From Euglena gracilis (Eukaryota): DNA of 64,000 nt. The position numbers were made by a program, and so were the translations under genes. Under the pieces are notes generated by a model. That model was not told where the DNA came from. It searched no databases and saw only the letters and a program-made list of their open reading frames with translations. Of this stretch, positions 41,920 to 54,045 are shown piece by piece. Every line of letters begins with the position of its first letter. Within the stretch, counting starts at the first letter, position 1. The stretch lies in NCBI GenBank assembly GCA_039621445.1, contig CP154954.1:25494954-25558953 (forward strand), read 5' to 3'.

Positions 41920-42459
41920 AATTATTAATATGAATGTTAATATTAATATTAATATGAATAATAATATTAATATTAATATGAATATTAATATTAATATGAA
42001 TATGAATAATAATATTTATAATAATATCAATATCAATATCAATATTAATTTTAATATTCATATTATTAATAATAATATTATTAATATTAATATTAATATT
42101 AATATTAATATTAATATTAATATTAATATTTATATTAATATCAATATTAATATTAATTAAATATGAACATGAATATTTATATCAATATTCAATTTAATAT
42201 TAGCATTAATATTAATATTAATATTAATATTGATATATATATTATATATATATATATATTATATATATACTAAATATTGTTGTTTTTCTCGGTTTTTTTT
42301 TTTTTTAACCCGAGACTCAGGGTTAAAGTTTGTTTGAAAACGGCCATGTCATTCTTATAAATCAGACGCAATGGCTCAATCCCCAGAGAGAATGGGAGGG
42401 GCAGTGGTTTTCACTTTCTGGAACACGCACTCACACACACGCACAGACACACTCACACT

Positions 42460-42494
<35 letters not shown>

Positions 42495-42538
42495 AGAGAG
42501 ACGCACAGACACAGACAGACACACACACATGTGCACAG

Positions 42539-42569
<31 letters not shown>

Positions 42570-42790
42570 CGGACGGACAGACAGATGGACAGACAGACGG
42601 AGAGACAGACACAGACAAGCACACACAGACACGCACATAAACACAGATAGGCACACACACAGCCAGACACACACGCTTACACACTCAATACACACACACA
42701 ACACAACACACACACACACACAACACAACACAATACACACAACACAACACAAAATACACGCACAACACCCACACACACGCGCGCGCGCGC
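41920..42790 (+). repeat. (ATTAAT)n tract (41920-42275) and degenerate (CA)n tract (42425-42790)
   Basis: Direct inspection. Confidence 0.95.
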
Positions 42791-44399
42791 ATTTCAAAGA
42801 CCCCAGCCCCTAAGGCCCTCTTGCAGGTCTGCCTGCCCCACCTTCCTCCCCGTCTCCGGCAGGGTGCTGGGGCTCCGCATTGCGGGGCAACCGTCCATTG
42901 CCTCAGGTGTGGGGGGAAGGGGCCCCTTGAGTGATTGAGTTGCCGGGCTCGGCAGTGGAGGACAGGCGGGGAAGGCCGCAAACTGCATTGAGGGCCAATC
43001 AAGGCGTGGTCTTTTTCCTTTGTGGCATATGAATATGAAATGAATTTGGGGTTCGTTAGCGGGCTGGGGGTAGCGTGCACAGGGTTTAAAATGGACTGCA
43101 ATGTATTGGATTGGTGGTGAGAGAAAATCTGGACGTTTTGGCTTAGGGTGGTGTGCTAAGGGGGGCCCCAAACACGTTTTTGCACGTTTTTTAAGATTTT
43201 TTTAAAAAAAATTGTCATTTTTTTGCTTTCCTTTGGTTTTTCCCCATCGCTGCTCAAAAAAATGTTTTTGATTTTGAGAAATGCTTTTTTTTTTTGGACC
43301 CAATTTTCCCTCAGACCGGACTTTTTGTCAATGATTGTCATTTGACCTTTTTGGGGGGGCCCAACAAATTGTATTTTTTTAGAATCAGTTCTCAGAATTG
43401 CAACGTTCATTTGCACTTCTTTTCCACAACCCCCAAAAAAGGCAATAAATCAAATTACTTGTTTTTTTTCTTAGTTTTTTTTTTCTGTGGTTTTTGTGGG
43501 TTTTTTTGCCATCTCTTTGTGGTTTTTGGGGGTTTTGCTTCCCATTTTTTGATAGTCCATGTTGGGAAGGAAGGAGGAAAACATGCAAACGAGTTTTTTT
43601 TTCCATGTTTGTGGTTTTTTTTAGTTTTTGGCAAATTCTCAGTTTTCGAGTTTTCAGGACAGGACTCCAGATGGACATAACCTTAGAATTGCGCACAATT
43701 TTCAAGAAAATTATTTGTTTGATTTTCATGTTTTTTTGACATCCAAATGGAAAGATATTTCCAATCCCTTATGTCCCTTATGTCAAGGAATCGACCATGC
43801 GAAGTTCCAGAAAAAAACTGCTGACGCCAACGAAACGTGCCTTTTTACCTTTCCCCCCGTTGTCCTTGACACGGCTGGTCTATGACACCCCCCCCTCCCT
43901 GCCAACCGCATTTTTCTGGCACCCAAAATGCCATTTTCTTTATGGCACAGTGCACATGACACGGCGTGTCCATGACACCCCCCCCCGTGTGAGCCGCACT
44001 TTCCCCGTATTTCGGCGGGTCAAGGACGGGGGTGGAAGGCACACATTTTTCTGGAATAGAAGGCCCGAAAATGGTGTCGATCCCGCCTTGGCTTTGGTGA
44101 GACCGTCACAACTTTTTTTTTCACCCCTCTTCCCCCATCGAACCGTGTGGCGCGCCACCTCGTTTTCCAGGTTGACCCATCAGGAATCGCATTGGTTCCC
44201 ATCCTGCGGCCAAGGTGCATCCAGTCCAAGGTTGGCATGTCGTTGGAAGGGCTGGGGCTTTGTTGTCCCCAAAATTGATCCCAAAAAGTTGGTCCCCCCC
44301 TTCCACCCCCCTACTTGGTTAAATGAAATCCCAGAATATTTTTTAGATTTTTCAGGCAATTAACACCCCGGCCGAAAAACTAAGTGTTTTAACGTCAAG

Positions 44400-46620
44400 C
44401 CATTTTAAAGAAGAAAGTTTGGTGTGCAGGTGGGCAACTCGAAACGGTTCTGGCTGCATCGTGGCGGTGGGAGTGGATTGCCAGAGTTGCGCCGGAACGG
44501 AAATGGACCACCTGGCAAATGTCCCCAACTTCTGCTGGGGGGTTGTCCCCCTTGCAGCCGCAGCAGCAAATCTCAGGGATCGGTGGGAAACTTTCAGCAA
44601 AGTTGGATTCGGAACTCCGCCTGTCATCTGGTTTGGCCAGACAGTTCAAGACTGATCAGTCACCCCACAAACCCCCCGTTAGAAGGGAGGGGGGAGCCCC
44701 CCCCCCTCCCTGTCCTGTGGGTCACCCCGAACCTCCGCCCCACCGCCCTCCGCATTTTCCAGAGCTTGCATTTTCCGGCCATATTCCTCCGTCAGTTCCG
44801 AAAGAATGTTTCTTTCCAAAACGCCATGGGGAGTGAGTGGGGAGGGGGGGGGAGTTGCTCTGTCCCTCTGTCCACAACCACCAGCCAGGTGCTGGTGGTT
44901 GTGGAAGAAGTTGATGTCTTTGTTTTGGCGAATGGCGCTTTGAAATCTCTCTCTTCTGAATCAGCGTTGCTGGGGAAACTCTTGGGGGGGGGGGGGCTCC
45001 TTGCCGACCCGAGAGTGTGTGCTTTTGGGGGAAGTGTGTTGTCAGTGGGTGTGGTGCGCGTGTGTTGTCAGTCTGTATTGCGGTTCCGCCCCAGGCTGGC
45101 AGGCAGGACATCGTCAGGGGTGACGACTTAGATATCGACTGAGAAATACCGCACCAGCTTAGAAATCTCCCCCCCCCCAGCGGTCCAATCCCAGGGCTGC
45201 CAGAGAAACTGGGGGTGCCTGGGACGTGAACTTGGGGTGCGTGGGGAGGGTGTTGTTGCTGGATCAGCAAATTCTTGGCAAGCATTCAAACATTCGGGGT
45301 GCCAGCATTTCATCCGTCCAATGCCGAAGACCGGTTGGGATGCTAGAAAGAGAGGTTGGTGGACATTGGCCCAGGAATCCAGTCTGCCTAGACATTCTGC
45401 GCCCCATCCCACCTGGGTCTCATAGTGTGTCCTCCCTTGCCCACTTGAAGCAAACCAAACATTTGCAATGGGAATGTATGTGCATCAATTGTCTGGTTGT
45501 TGTTTCTGAGATAAATTATGTTTCCAAGGTCGAGTCTCTCTTATACAACTCGTTTTGTGGCCACAGCTCTGTCACCCATTTGGTCATTGATAGTATTTCC
45601 TGGAAAATTCGACATTTTTAGTTTCTGGGCTTTGTCACATTTTTCAAACAAGTTTCAAGGATTACCGCCTTGTCTAAGACACACCGTGCCGTTGACACAC
45701 ACTCCGTGTGAACGGCACTTTTCTGGGCAACAGTGGCGTTGGCGCGCCGTGTCATTGACGCACTGCCTGTGTCAACGACAAATTCCCTGAACTTTTGCAT
45801 GTCTTGGACAGGGGGGAACTCAAATTGAAGGTGAAAGCTTTTAAATAAACGCTGTCCAAGTGGTGTAATTGAATGCTTTTGGGTGCTTATGGGTGCCCTT
45901 CATTCACGGCCTTGTCCGAAAACTTGCAAAATCCACATGTTTATGGATCTCAACTCGAGTAGAGTCAATATCTTAGTTTGATGCACTGTTGAATGAAAAA
46001 TGTTGTGAGCAGAGTGGGATAAAACGGAGGAGGAAAGAAATGTGAAAATGAATTAAATTGAAAAGGTCCATATTTTCCGCATTGAGATTATGTGAATAAA
46101 GAATAATAAAAAAATGGCAATGTCACACCTGTCCTGCCAAAACGGACACCTCACAAAACGTAAAACCTGCAGAAAATTCATCAGGAAATCAAAATGTTTT
46201 TCGAATGTGAACAGGACTGAGCGAGAAGTTTTTTTTAACCATTGAATCACTGTGTTTGTCTTTTTATTGCCAAGCCTTGATCTTGTGGGGCAATAAAGAC
46301 AGGAAATGAACATCTTTGACAACAAAGGACGCGTTTTGGAGGATGCAGATTCCATGATTTACAAAAGGAATGTAATGAAACAGGCACTGTGCTGTTTTTG
46401 TCTTGCAATGCGAACCCAGAAAAGGGTCATAGTCGGTTTAGTTGTGGATGCTGATGGCAATGGCAGTACAATATGAGTGACTACAATTTCTTGGGCTCTG
46501 GGTTTGGGTTTGTATCTGGGGTCCTTCAAATTTCGGTGCTGCTTCCTTGTGTATTCCATTGCACGTTCTGGGACGGTGGTGGATAAAGGACAGCGGAGAC
46601 ATTCATTTCTGCGCTTCATT
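44400..46620 (-). pseudogene. Decayed non-LTR retrotransposon (LINE-type RT) relic
   Basis: Broken minus-strand frames show degenerate RT-like motifs in the expected order: NLKDPRYKP (cf. DPxNYRPI), a GVR..Q-like segment, and LFLASQPVFGIG (cf. LYxPxxxGGLG). Recognised by eye only. Confidence 0.4.
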
Positions 46621-46907
46621 GTGCTCCCTGGGTGGGGATGGAGGGACAAAGACACAACTCACTCCCACCCGCTCATTTGCGACCCACTCCCGCCGCACCG
46701 TTTGCCCGACGCCATTCGCTGACTGCAGCCAATGGCCGTCCGCCACCCCCCTCCCCAGTGAGGTCTGCCGGCGTCCGTTGCAACACAACCGCCAGGGCGG
46801 GTTTTGATTGTCGGGCTTTCCATCCAGTACAGGCCACGCGCCACCCGAACTGTTCCTTGGGCCGCACTACTGGCCGCGGGATGTGTCTCGAAGAAAATCC
46901 CCCCGGC

Positions 46908-47315
46908 CAGGCTTTTGCTTAAGGGATTGCAGTACCCCCCAGGGGGGGGGGGGGGCTGGATCGCAGCTAGTCCAAATTTGGCTAGTGGGATTTCTAGCAG
47001 ACCCCCGGGGGAGTCTGGGGGGGGGTCTGCTAGCAGGGCTAGCTAGTGGGAAATTTTTTTTCCAGTGACCGGCGCGAAGCGCCGAAATTTTTTTTTTGGG
47101 ACCCCCCAAAATGGCCAAAAATGCCCGTTTTTGGCTATTTTGGGGAATTTTTGGAACAAAAACAGCCAAAAACCTATTAAAACCCTCATTTTTAAGACCT
47201 AGCTAGAGCCCCCTCCCCCCCCGGGGGGAGGGGGGTCTAGCTAGTCCACTTTTTCCAGTGTCTAGCCGATTGGCTAGCCAGTACCCCCCCCCGGGGGTCC
47301 TTAAGCAAAAGCCTG
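46908..47315. mobile_element. hAT-like MITE, family D (TIR CAGGCTTTTGCTTAAGG)
   Basis: 17-bp perfect TIR and perfect 8-bp TSD CCCCCGGC. Internal GCTAG repeats and a GGCGCGAAGCGCC hairpin. A diverged copy starts at ~23492. Confidence 0.92.
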
Positions 47316-47396
47316 CCCCCGGCGAACAATGAACAGTGAATAGTTGCGGGGTCGTGTTTGGTGAGTGTTGCTGTAGCACAGCCTGTCATGAGCAGG

Positions 47397-47845
47397 TAAA
47401 CCCCCCGCAAAAAACCCCCCCCCAAAAATAAGACCCCCCCAAAATAAGACTCCCCCTGGGCCGATCGAGCAAAAATCCAAAAATAAGACCCCCCCAAAAA
47501 TAAGACCCCCCCCCTGACGGCGCGAAGCGCCGGGGACGGTGAAAATTTTCCTAAAATTTACCAAAAACCCCAATTTCATACACAAAAACGATGAAATTTC
47601 AAAATTTTCAGATTTTTGAAGTGCAAAAAGCATGCTAAATGTCAATTTACACCAATTTACACATGCCTCGAAGCGCCGAACAAAAAATTATAGTGCTCTT
47701 GGGAACCTGAAAAATGGTGCTTTTTTCGGGCCCGGGTCAGTCAAGAAAAAATCCAAAAATAAGCCCCCCCAAAAATATGACCCCCCCTGGAAGCCAACGG
47801 ACCCAAAAATAAGACCCGGCCGGGTCTTATTTTGGGGGGGAATTA
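47397..47845 (-). mobile_element. Family G copy, inverted relative to 37608-38040
   Basis: Reverse-complement similarity along its length (e.g. TAGTGCTCTTGGGAACCTGAAAAA, GCATGCTAAATGTCA). Confidence 0.8.
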
Positions 47846-48296
47846 CCCCTGGCACCCCCGGAGCAGATTTTAAAAAAGGCCCGCTCGGCACTCGAGGTTG
47901 TCCTTGCCAGTGTCAAACCCCATCCCCGACCCCGGCGGCGTTTTCTTTTTGTCCCTTGCCGCGCCTGTGCCACACAGACGATTGTCCGTGGACCGGGGCA
48001 TCACGGCACACGAGCAGGCACTCGTCGCACTTCTTCGCGGTAATTCCTCCGTCCCCTCTCGGGACGCCTTCGGCAATCACGCAGTCTCCTCGTTCAGGCC
48101 TCAGATCTATAAAAAATCTCTCCCGACATAAAATCTTTGAAAGTGAGCAGCTGATCGGGTTGGTGAGACCCTGAAAAGCACCCTAAGAAAGAATGAAGAA
48201 GAAGAAGAAATTTTGGATGGGCGATGGGCACTGTCCAAAAGCATTCTGCCGGACCCGATTACACGTGGTGGCATTGCAACCCTTGGCGTGGCGAGG

Positions 48297-48664
48297 CAGG
48301 GTTCGAAATAAGGAAAGTAGACAGGGTTCAGTTTGGGCCCAACCCTCCCCCCAAACCGGAGGGGGGGTCCACACCAACCTGGGGAGAAGGACCCCCCAAA
48401 AGGTCAAATTTTTCCTTCTTTTACCCCAATTTTATTTACTTTTTGGCATTTTTGAAAAATGTTTTTTGGCAAAAATGCAATTTAATGCATTTTTTCCAAA
48501 GAAATGCCCCAAAATGGCATTTTCTGGCCGAATTGGGAGGCAAAAAAATTAGCCTGGCGCTTCGTGCCAGTCCAAAATCGGTCAGCCAAGCCGCCAATGC
48601 CCCCCCCCCCCCCCTGGACAGGGGGTCAACCCACCCCTCTGTCCTGCGCTTATATTGAACCCTG
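48297..48664. mobile_element. Family A MITE, diverged copy
   Basis: CAGGGTTCGAAATAAG ... CTTATATTGAACCCTG; the TSD is eroded. Confidence 0.7.
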
Positions 48665-48865
48665 GATGCAGGCCAATGTACCTGACCCCCACCCACCCCC
48701 ACGCCTGTCTTGACACCGCCATTCCGGTGGATGGCTCTGGTGCTCGTCGCGTGGTCCCAATCGGTCTTGTGCTGCCACCATCTGGGGTCACATTTTATGG
48801 GCAGGCTTGATTGATCCGAAATGGTCTCGGTAACCAAATCAGATTTCATTCACATTGCAGAACCG

Positions 48866-49196
<331 letters not shown>

Positions 49197-50816
49197 AATG
49201 GATAGCTACAGCTAATTGCGGATCAGCCCAAAAATCCAAGGGTGATAATTATAGATAATTATAGATTCTTATGGATAAGCCAAAAGTTTTGATCCCTGAG
49301 GATGGGCAATGACTGCATGAAGCTCATTTATTTTAAAAAGGCCATTTTCGCCCACTTTAGGTCATTTCTGGCTGCCTTGACTGATCCTGGCTGCTTTTCA
49401 GGCCTCCACTTTTGGTCACTTTAGACTACTTCTGGCTGCTTTTGGCCACTTTTATTTTTTACTGCTGTTTGGCCACTTTTAGCTATTTCGTGGTGCGTCT
49501 GGTTGCTTCTGGCGTCCTTTGTTGTTTTTTATGGCATTTGCCTAGTTTTAGGCATTTTTAGGCGATATTGTGATTCGGTTTCATGCGTTTTCTGGATGGA
49601 TATTCCCAGTAAGGAAGGGATTTTTTGGAATTGTGGATTTTTACAGATAACTGCGGAGCACACCAATCCTTGTATAATTCTTTGGGTTGGGGTTTCCCAG
49701 TTGTATGTTCAAATCGGTCAATTTTGGGGTTTTGTCAGGAAAGTTTGTATTTTGGTGGGGGGTTTTTTGCGACGTTTGATTTCCACTCATCAAAATACTC
49801 ATTGATCAAACCGGTGGAGTGTCTGTGTCTGTGTCTGTGGCTGGGTGGAATTGGGACATATCCATGAGGACAGTTTCCGCCTGGGAAAACTTTTTGGCCA
49901 GCTCGAAAAGCAAGTCTGTTTAAACAATGTGCACAGTCAAAGCGCTGCACGTTATAACAGGAGGTTTCGATTGTGTCCCATATTTGTTTCTCTTTTTTCC
50001 TGTTCGCAGGATTGTTCGTGATTTTTCGTGTCATCTGATTGCATGTGATTTGCATGATTTTTTTGCGGATCTCAGAACAATATTCCCAGGGTTAATATCA
50101 GTTGTATGTTACATTTCTGGAATGATTGTCAAGATTGCAGTCAAAATTTGCAGACGACCTGCAACGTTTGCGATCATGATTGCTGTCTCGAGATCAAAAC
50201 AAAATGATTCAAAAATAGCAACCCCCCCAAAAATAACACCCCTTGGGGTATTATTTTTTCGCCCGAAGTCCCGGCCCAAGGGGGGGGTATTACTTGGGGG
50301 GAAGGTAATAGCTCCCCAAGGTTTTCAAAAATTTTCGAAGCCCCATAGAACCCAGAATAGCACCCAAAACCCCCCATTTATTGCATTTTCTCATGAAATT
50401 TAGCATTTTTGGAGGCCTCGTGATCAATATCAAGGTCAATATCTGGGTCGTCGGCCTGAAATTTGGGGGGGGGGGTATTAACTCGGTCGCCTCCCGGCCC
50501 AGGGGGGGGGGGTATAACTTGGGAGAGGGTTTACGTCAAAATTTTCCATACCCCTATGTTTTGTGTGTGAAAATCTGAGACCAGCCGTTGAGAGCAAAAA
50601 ATTTTGCGATTTGATGCCCCATTCCCACACTGTACGTGTTTGTGTTGCTTGCTCCACACTTATGATGATGATCATCACACGCTCCATATGCTCCAGCTAC
50701 AAGTTTTGGTATCTCCCAATCCACAGAAGTTGCCATATGCTGTGAAAATGACTTTTTTTGAATCAAGCGGTGCAAACCGCCTCCGTTTTCTAGCACCCCC
50801 TCCCCCCCCCCCCCGG

Positions 50817-50920
50817 CAGGGCTGTACGGGAAGGCCTGGTGGGGGGGGGGTCGGACCCCCACCAAAGGTGAGGGGGTCGTGGGAGGTGGGGGGTGGGGTC
50901 GACCCCCACCACCCACCAGG
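50817..50920 (-). mobile_element. Family F MITE end (CAGGGCTGTACGGGAAGGCCTGG), the same family as introns 53576 and 57659
   Basis: The reverse complement ends CCAGGCCTTCCCGTACAGCCCTG and carries GGGGTCGACCCC. Further pieces are at 21910-22126 and 56910-56987. Confidence 0.7.
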
Positions 50921-53454
50921 GCACCCGCTCAAAAAAAAATTTCTTTTGGCTGCCCTGTGTGGTCCAAAGTGTGCCGGCCATGTTCTGGCAGCAACAGCCC
51001 CCTCCCTGCACTGACAGCACAGGCCCCCCGCCCCATCACGCCGACTCAGTAGCTCGGGGCCCTCCATCACACCGGTGGCCCCGGCCAACACCCCACGCCT
51101 CAGGCGGTCGCCTGAGAAGAACCGGCATTCCGACAAGCCCTTTCCTTTTGTTGTGACGGGGCGCTTCTCCGGTTTTCGAGACCAGAAACACCCCTCTTCC
51201 CCTGGGGTCGGTTATTTTTACCTATTCTCTGGTTTGACCCTAAACGCATCTTTACCCTTAAATTGCTGATGCCCAACATGCTCTGCATACATTTTGGGAC
51301 AGTCTCTAGGGAGGAGACCCTGCATCGACGCAGGCAAGCACCTCCAGCGACAAATCCCGACAAATCTGACAAATTCAACAATTATGGAAATTTAGCATGT
51401 GCCTCTAGTAATATACCCAGTTCATTTTTGCTTTATTTTTTGGGGACGAGATTTGGGGGTTTGCTTTGCTCGTAGGTTGTCATAACCCAAATTCACGCTC
51501 CACGTCATCAATGACGCTTTTGGTTTGTATGTGTACCGCGAAAGGAGTTCCTATGCCATAGAAAGTCTGATAAGGGAAGATCACCATCCCATAGAGAAAC
51601 CATATGGTGGACCACACCTTATTTGGCTTGGAAAAGAAGTCCCTGACTGGTTTTTGGAAGAGTGTAAATTAAACCGAATTCCCAGAACAACAATTGACAA
51701 AGAAACAAAAGGCAAAGAATATCTACGGCTTCTGCTTCTGGAGGGTTCATGAGAGTACCCCCCCCCCTCCGGGGTACACAGGGAAAACGAAGGCAGAGCA
51801 TTCTTCGATTGGGCTGCTTCAACGGGAGGGGATACATCTTTCCACAGGGTTCTGAAGGCACACATTTGGAATGCAATTTTTGAGTTTCATTGAGCTTCCG
51901 CATTCTGCAGAGGCTTTTGAGGGGAACGAAACGGGATCGCAGTTGTCACCTTCCGCCCCCTTGGCTCCACAAATATGCTCAGGGTTTGGCATCCCCCGTT
52001 GTACGTATGATTCCACACAATTGGCCCCTTGGGGGGGGGTCATTTCCGTTTGGGCAATTTGGCCCGTTTTCCTGTGCTGTCCACCGGGGTGACAACCGGC
52101 GTCGATCACCTGTTCTGACGTCCAGTTGGGGGGAGGGGACGATGCAAGCAGAATAGAAACCATGTTTCTGATCCCTGTGAGGAGGCGTTGAGCCGGTGGC
52201 CAAGTGACAGTGTTGCTGGATGTGCAACGGCTTGGGCCCATCACCAAATGCTGGGGCTTCCCTCTTTGATGGCACCATATATATACCCGGCTCCCGCCCC
52301 CTGCCCGCCCACCCGCCCGCCTGCCCCCCCCCCCTGCCTGTCGACCTGACTTGCACGTGTGTCGATTCACTCCCGCACAGACAATTGCCCACTCCCGCAC
52401 AGGCCCTCGCCGACTGCTGGCCCCCTCATCACCCTGCCATTTCCAAAGCCAGTCTCTGTCCGGGCTTTTTTTAAGGAAGGTCGCACCCCCCAGGGAAATG
52501 CAATGGGCAGGGGGTTTGGCATTTCAGTCCCCCCCCCTGAGTGGTTTGAAGTGGGTACTGCTATGGTAGTTTTTTTTTGGGTTTTTTTTTGCTCTTTCGA
52601 CGCCTCACCGGAATTTGAGGCACCACAAGGGTGGAGACAGCGAAGCCTGCTCTGACTGACTGTCTGACCCAACCCACTCCCGCGAAAAGCTCCCCAGCCT
52701 CGACTTCTGACCATCCTGCACAGCTCCTCGCCCCGTCCTAGACACCACAGCTTTCCGTCTGGTTCTGCAGTCTTCAGCACCCCAGCCGATGCCTGATACC
52801 GGCACAGAACGTTGACTCTTAGTGCTTTCAGATCCTGTTTCACGGTATGTGTTCGAAGAGTGCCGAGAACGCAACTGGGGATGCAGGCGGGCATCAACAA
52901 AGTCTTGCTCGTTCTTGCTGTCTTTTTTCTCTCCATTGTGCAGGTGCACCAGTGCACCCCCTAAAGAAATCCTTTCTGGAGTAGGCAGATGGGGAGTGGT
53001 GAATCAAAGGTGAAGGGTCTAATCGAACATTTCTGGTTTTCACCCATATTTTGTTTTGGGGGTGCCTGGGGAACCGCCCCTTCCTCCTCCTCCTCCTCCT
53101 CCTCCTCCTCCTTCTTCTTCAAGGAACTTTTTCCCTCCAAGCAGGGTGAAATCCCTGGGTCCGAGGGGGTATTACCGGGTCTGGCCGACCTTTTTCCCCA
53201 TAGAGAAATGCCCACACAGCATAGCTTTAACGAGTTTGACATGGAAGAGTTAGCCCGAGGAACATGTGATGGGCCATTTATCAAAAATACACAATGTGGT
53301 GTCCCTTAAACCACAAGAAGGAGAAGAAGAAGAAGAAGAAGAAGAAGAGGCGGAGGAGGGGGAAGAGGAGGAGGTGGTGGTGGTGGAGGAGGAGGAGGAT
53401 GAGGGGGAAGAGGAAGGAACACTGCACTTTGCCCACCTATTTGTCCAACCGTTG

Positions 53455-53483
53455 CCATCACCCTCTCCTCCTTCTCCCCGCAG
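53455..53483 (+). promoter_or_regulatory. Candidate spliced-leader trans-splice acceptor
   Basis: Polypyrimidine tract ccatcaccctctcctccttctccccg followed by CAG (AG 53482-53483), 20 nt before the ATG at 53504. Confidence 0.55.
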
Positions 53484-53503
53484 CCCCTCCACTCGGCCGG
53501 GCG

Positions 53504-54013
53504 ATGGACAACCTTCTCCAGGCCAACACCCCCGTCCAGCGCGAGGGCGCCCAGCCCACGCCCAGCTTTCCCCCCGGCCAGGGCTGGCCGGGAAGCCCCG
53601 AGACCTTGACAGGGGTCAACCCCCCCCCCACCAAGCCTTCCCGTACCGCCCTGCCTCCGGCAGCCTGCCCTCCTCCCCGCAGGTCAGCTTCCTCACCGCC
53701 CTGGGGCAGGCAAGCAAAGGGGTGGGTGGCCAACCCCCCCCCCCCCCGCGGGCGCGTGGAAACTGTTTCGCCGGCACGCTTGGAGGAGTGATTCCGCAAA
53801 GTGGAGCCTCCCACAGTACCCCACATTTAAGGGTGGGGGCTCCATTTTATGCCATGTATGTATATATACATGTATATGTATATATGTACATATATACATA
53901 TACATGTATATATACACGTACATATATGTATGTGTATCTGTATGTGTGTATATATACGTATATGACACACATATGTGTATACACACGTATGTATATGTAT
54001 ATGCACGTGTGTG

Positions 54014-54045
<32 letters not shown>

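Noticed and set aside
51525-51752. Protein-like 75-aa ORF (also 12618-12893 on the minus strand)
   Set aside because: No recognisable family, and the AT-rich codon use is unlike the host exons. Probably retroelement debris.
53266-53500. Poly-Glu coding stretch upstream of the Ttd14-like gene
   Set aside because: A (GAA/GAG)n tract upstream of the likely trans-splice acceptor, out of frame with ATG 53504.
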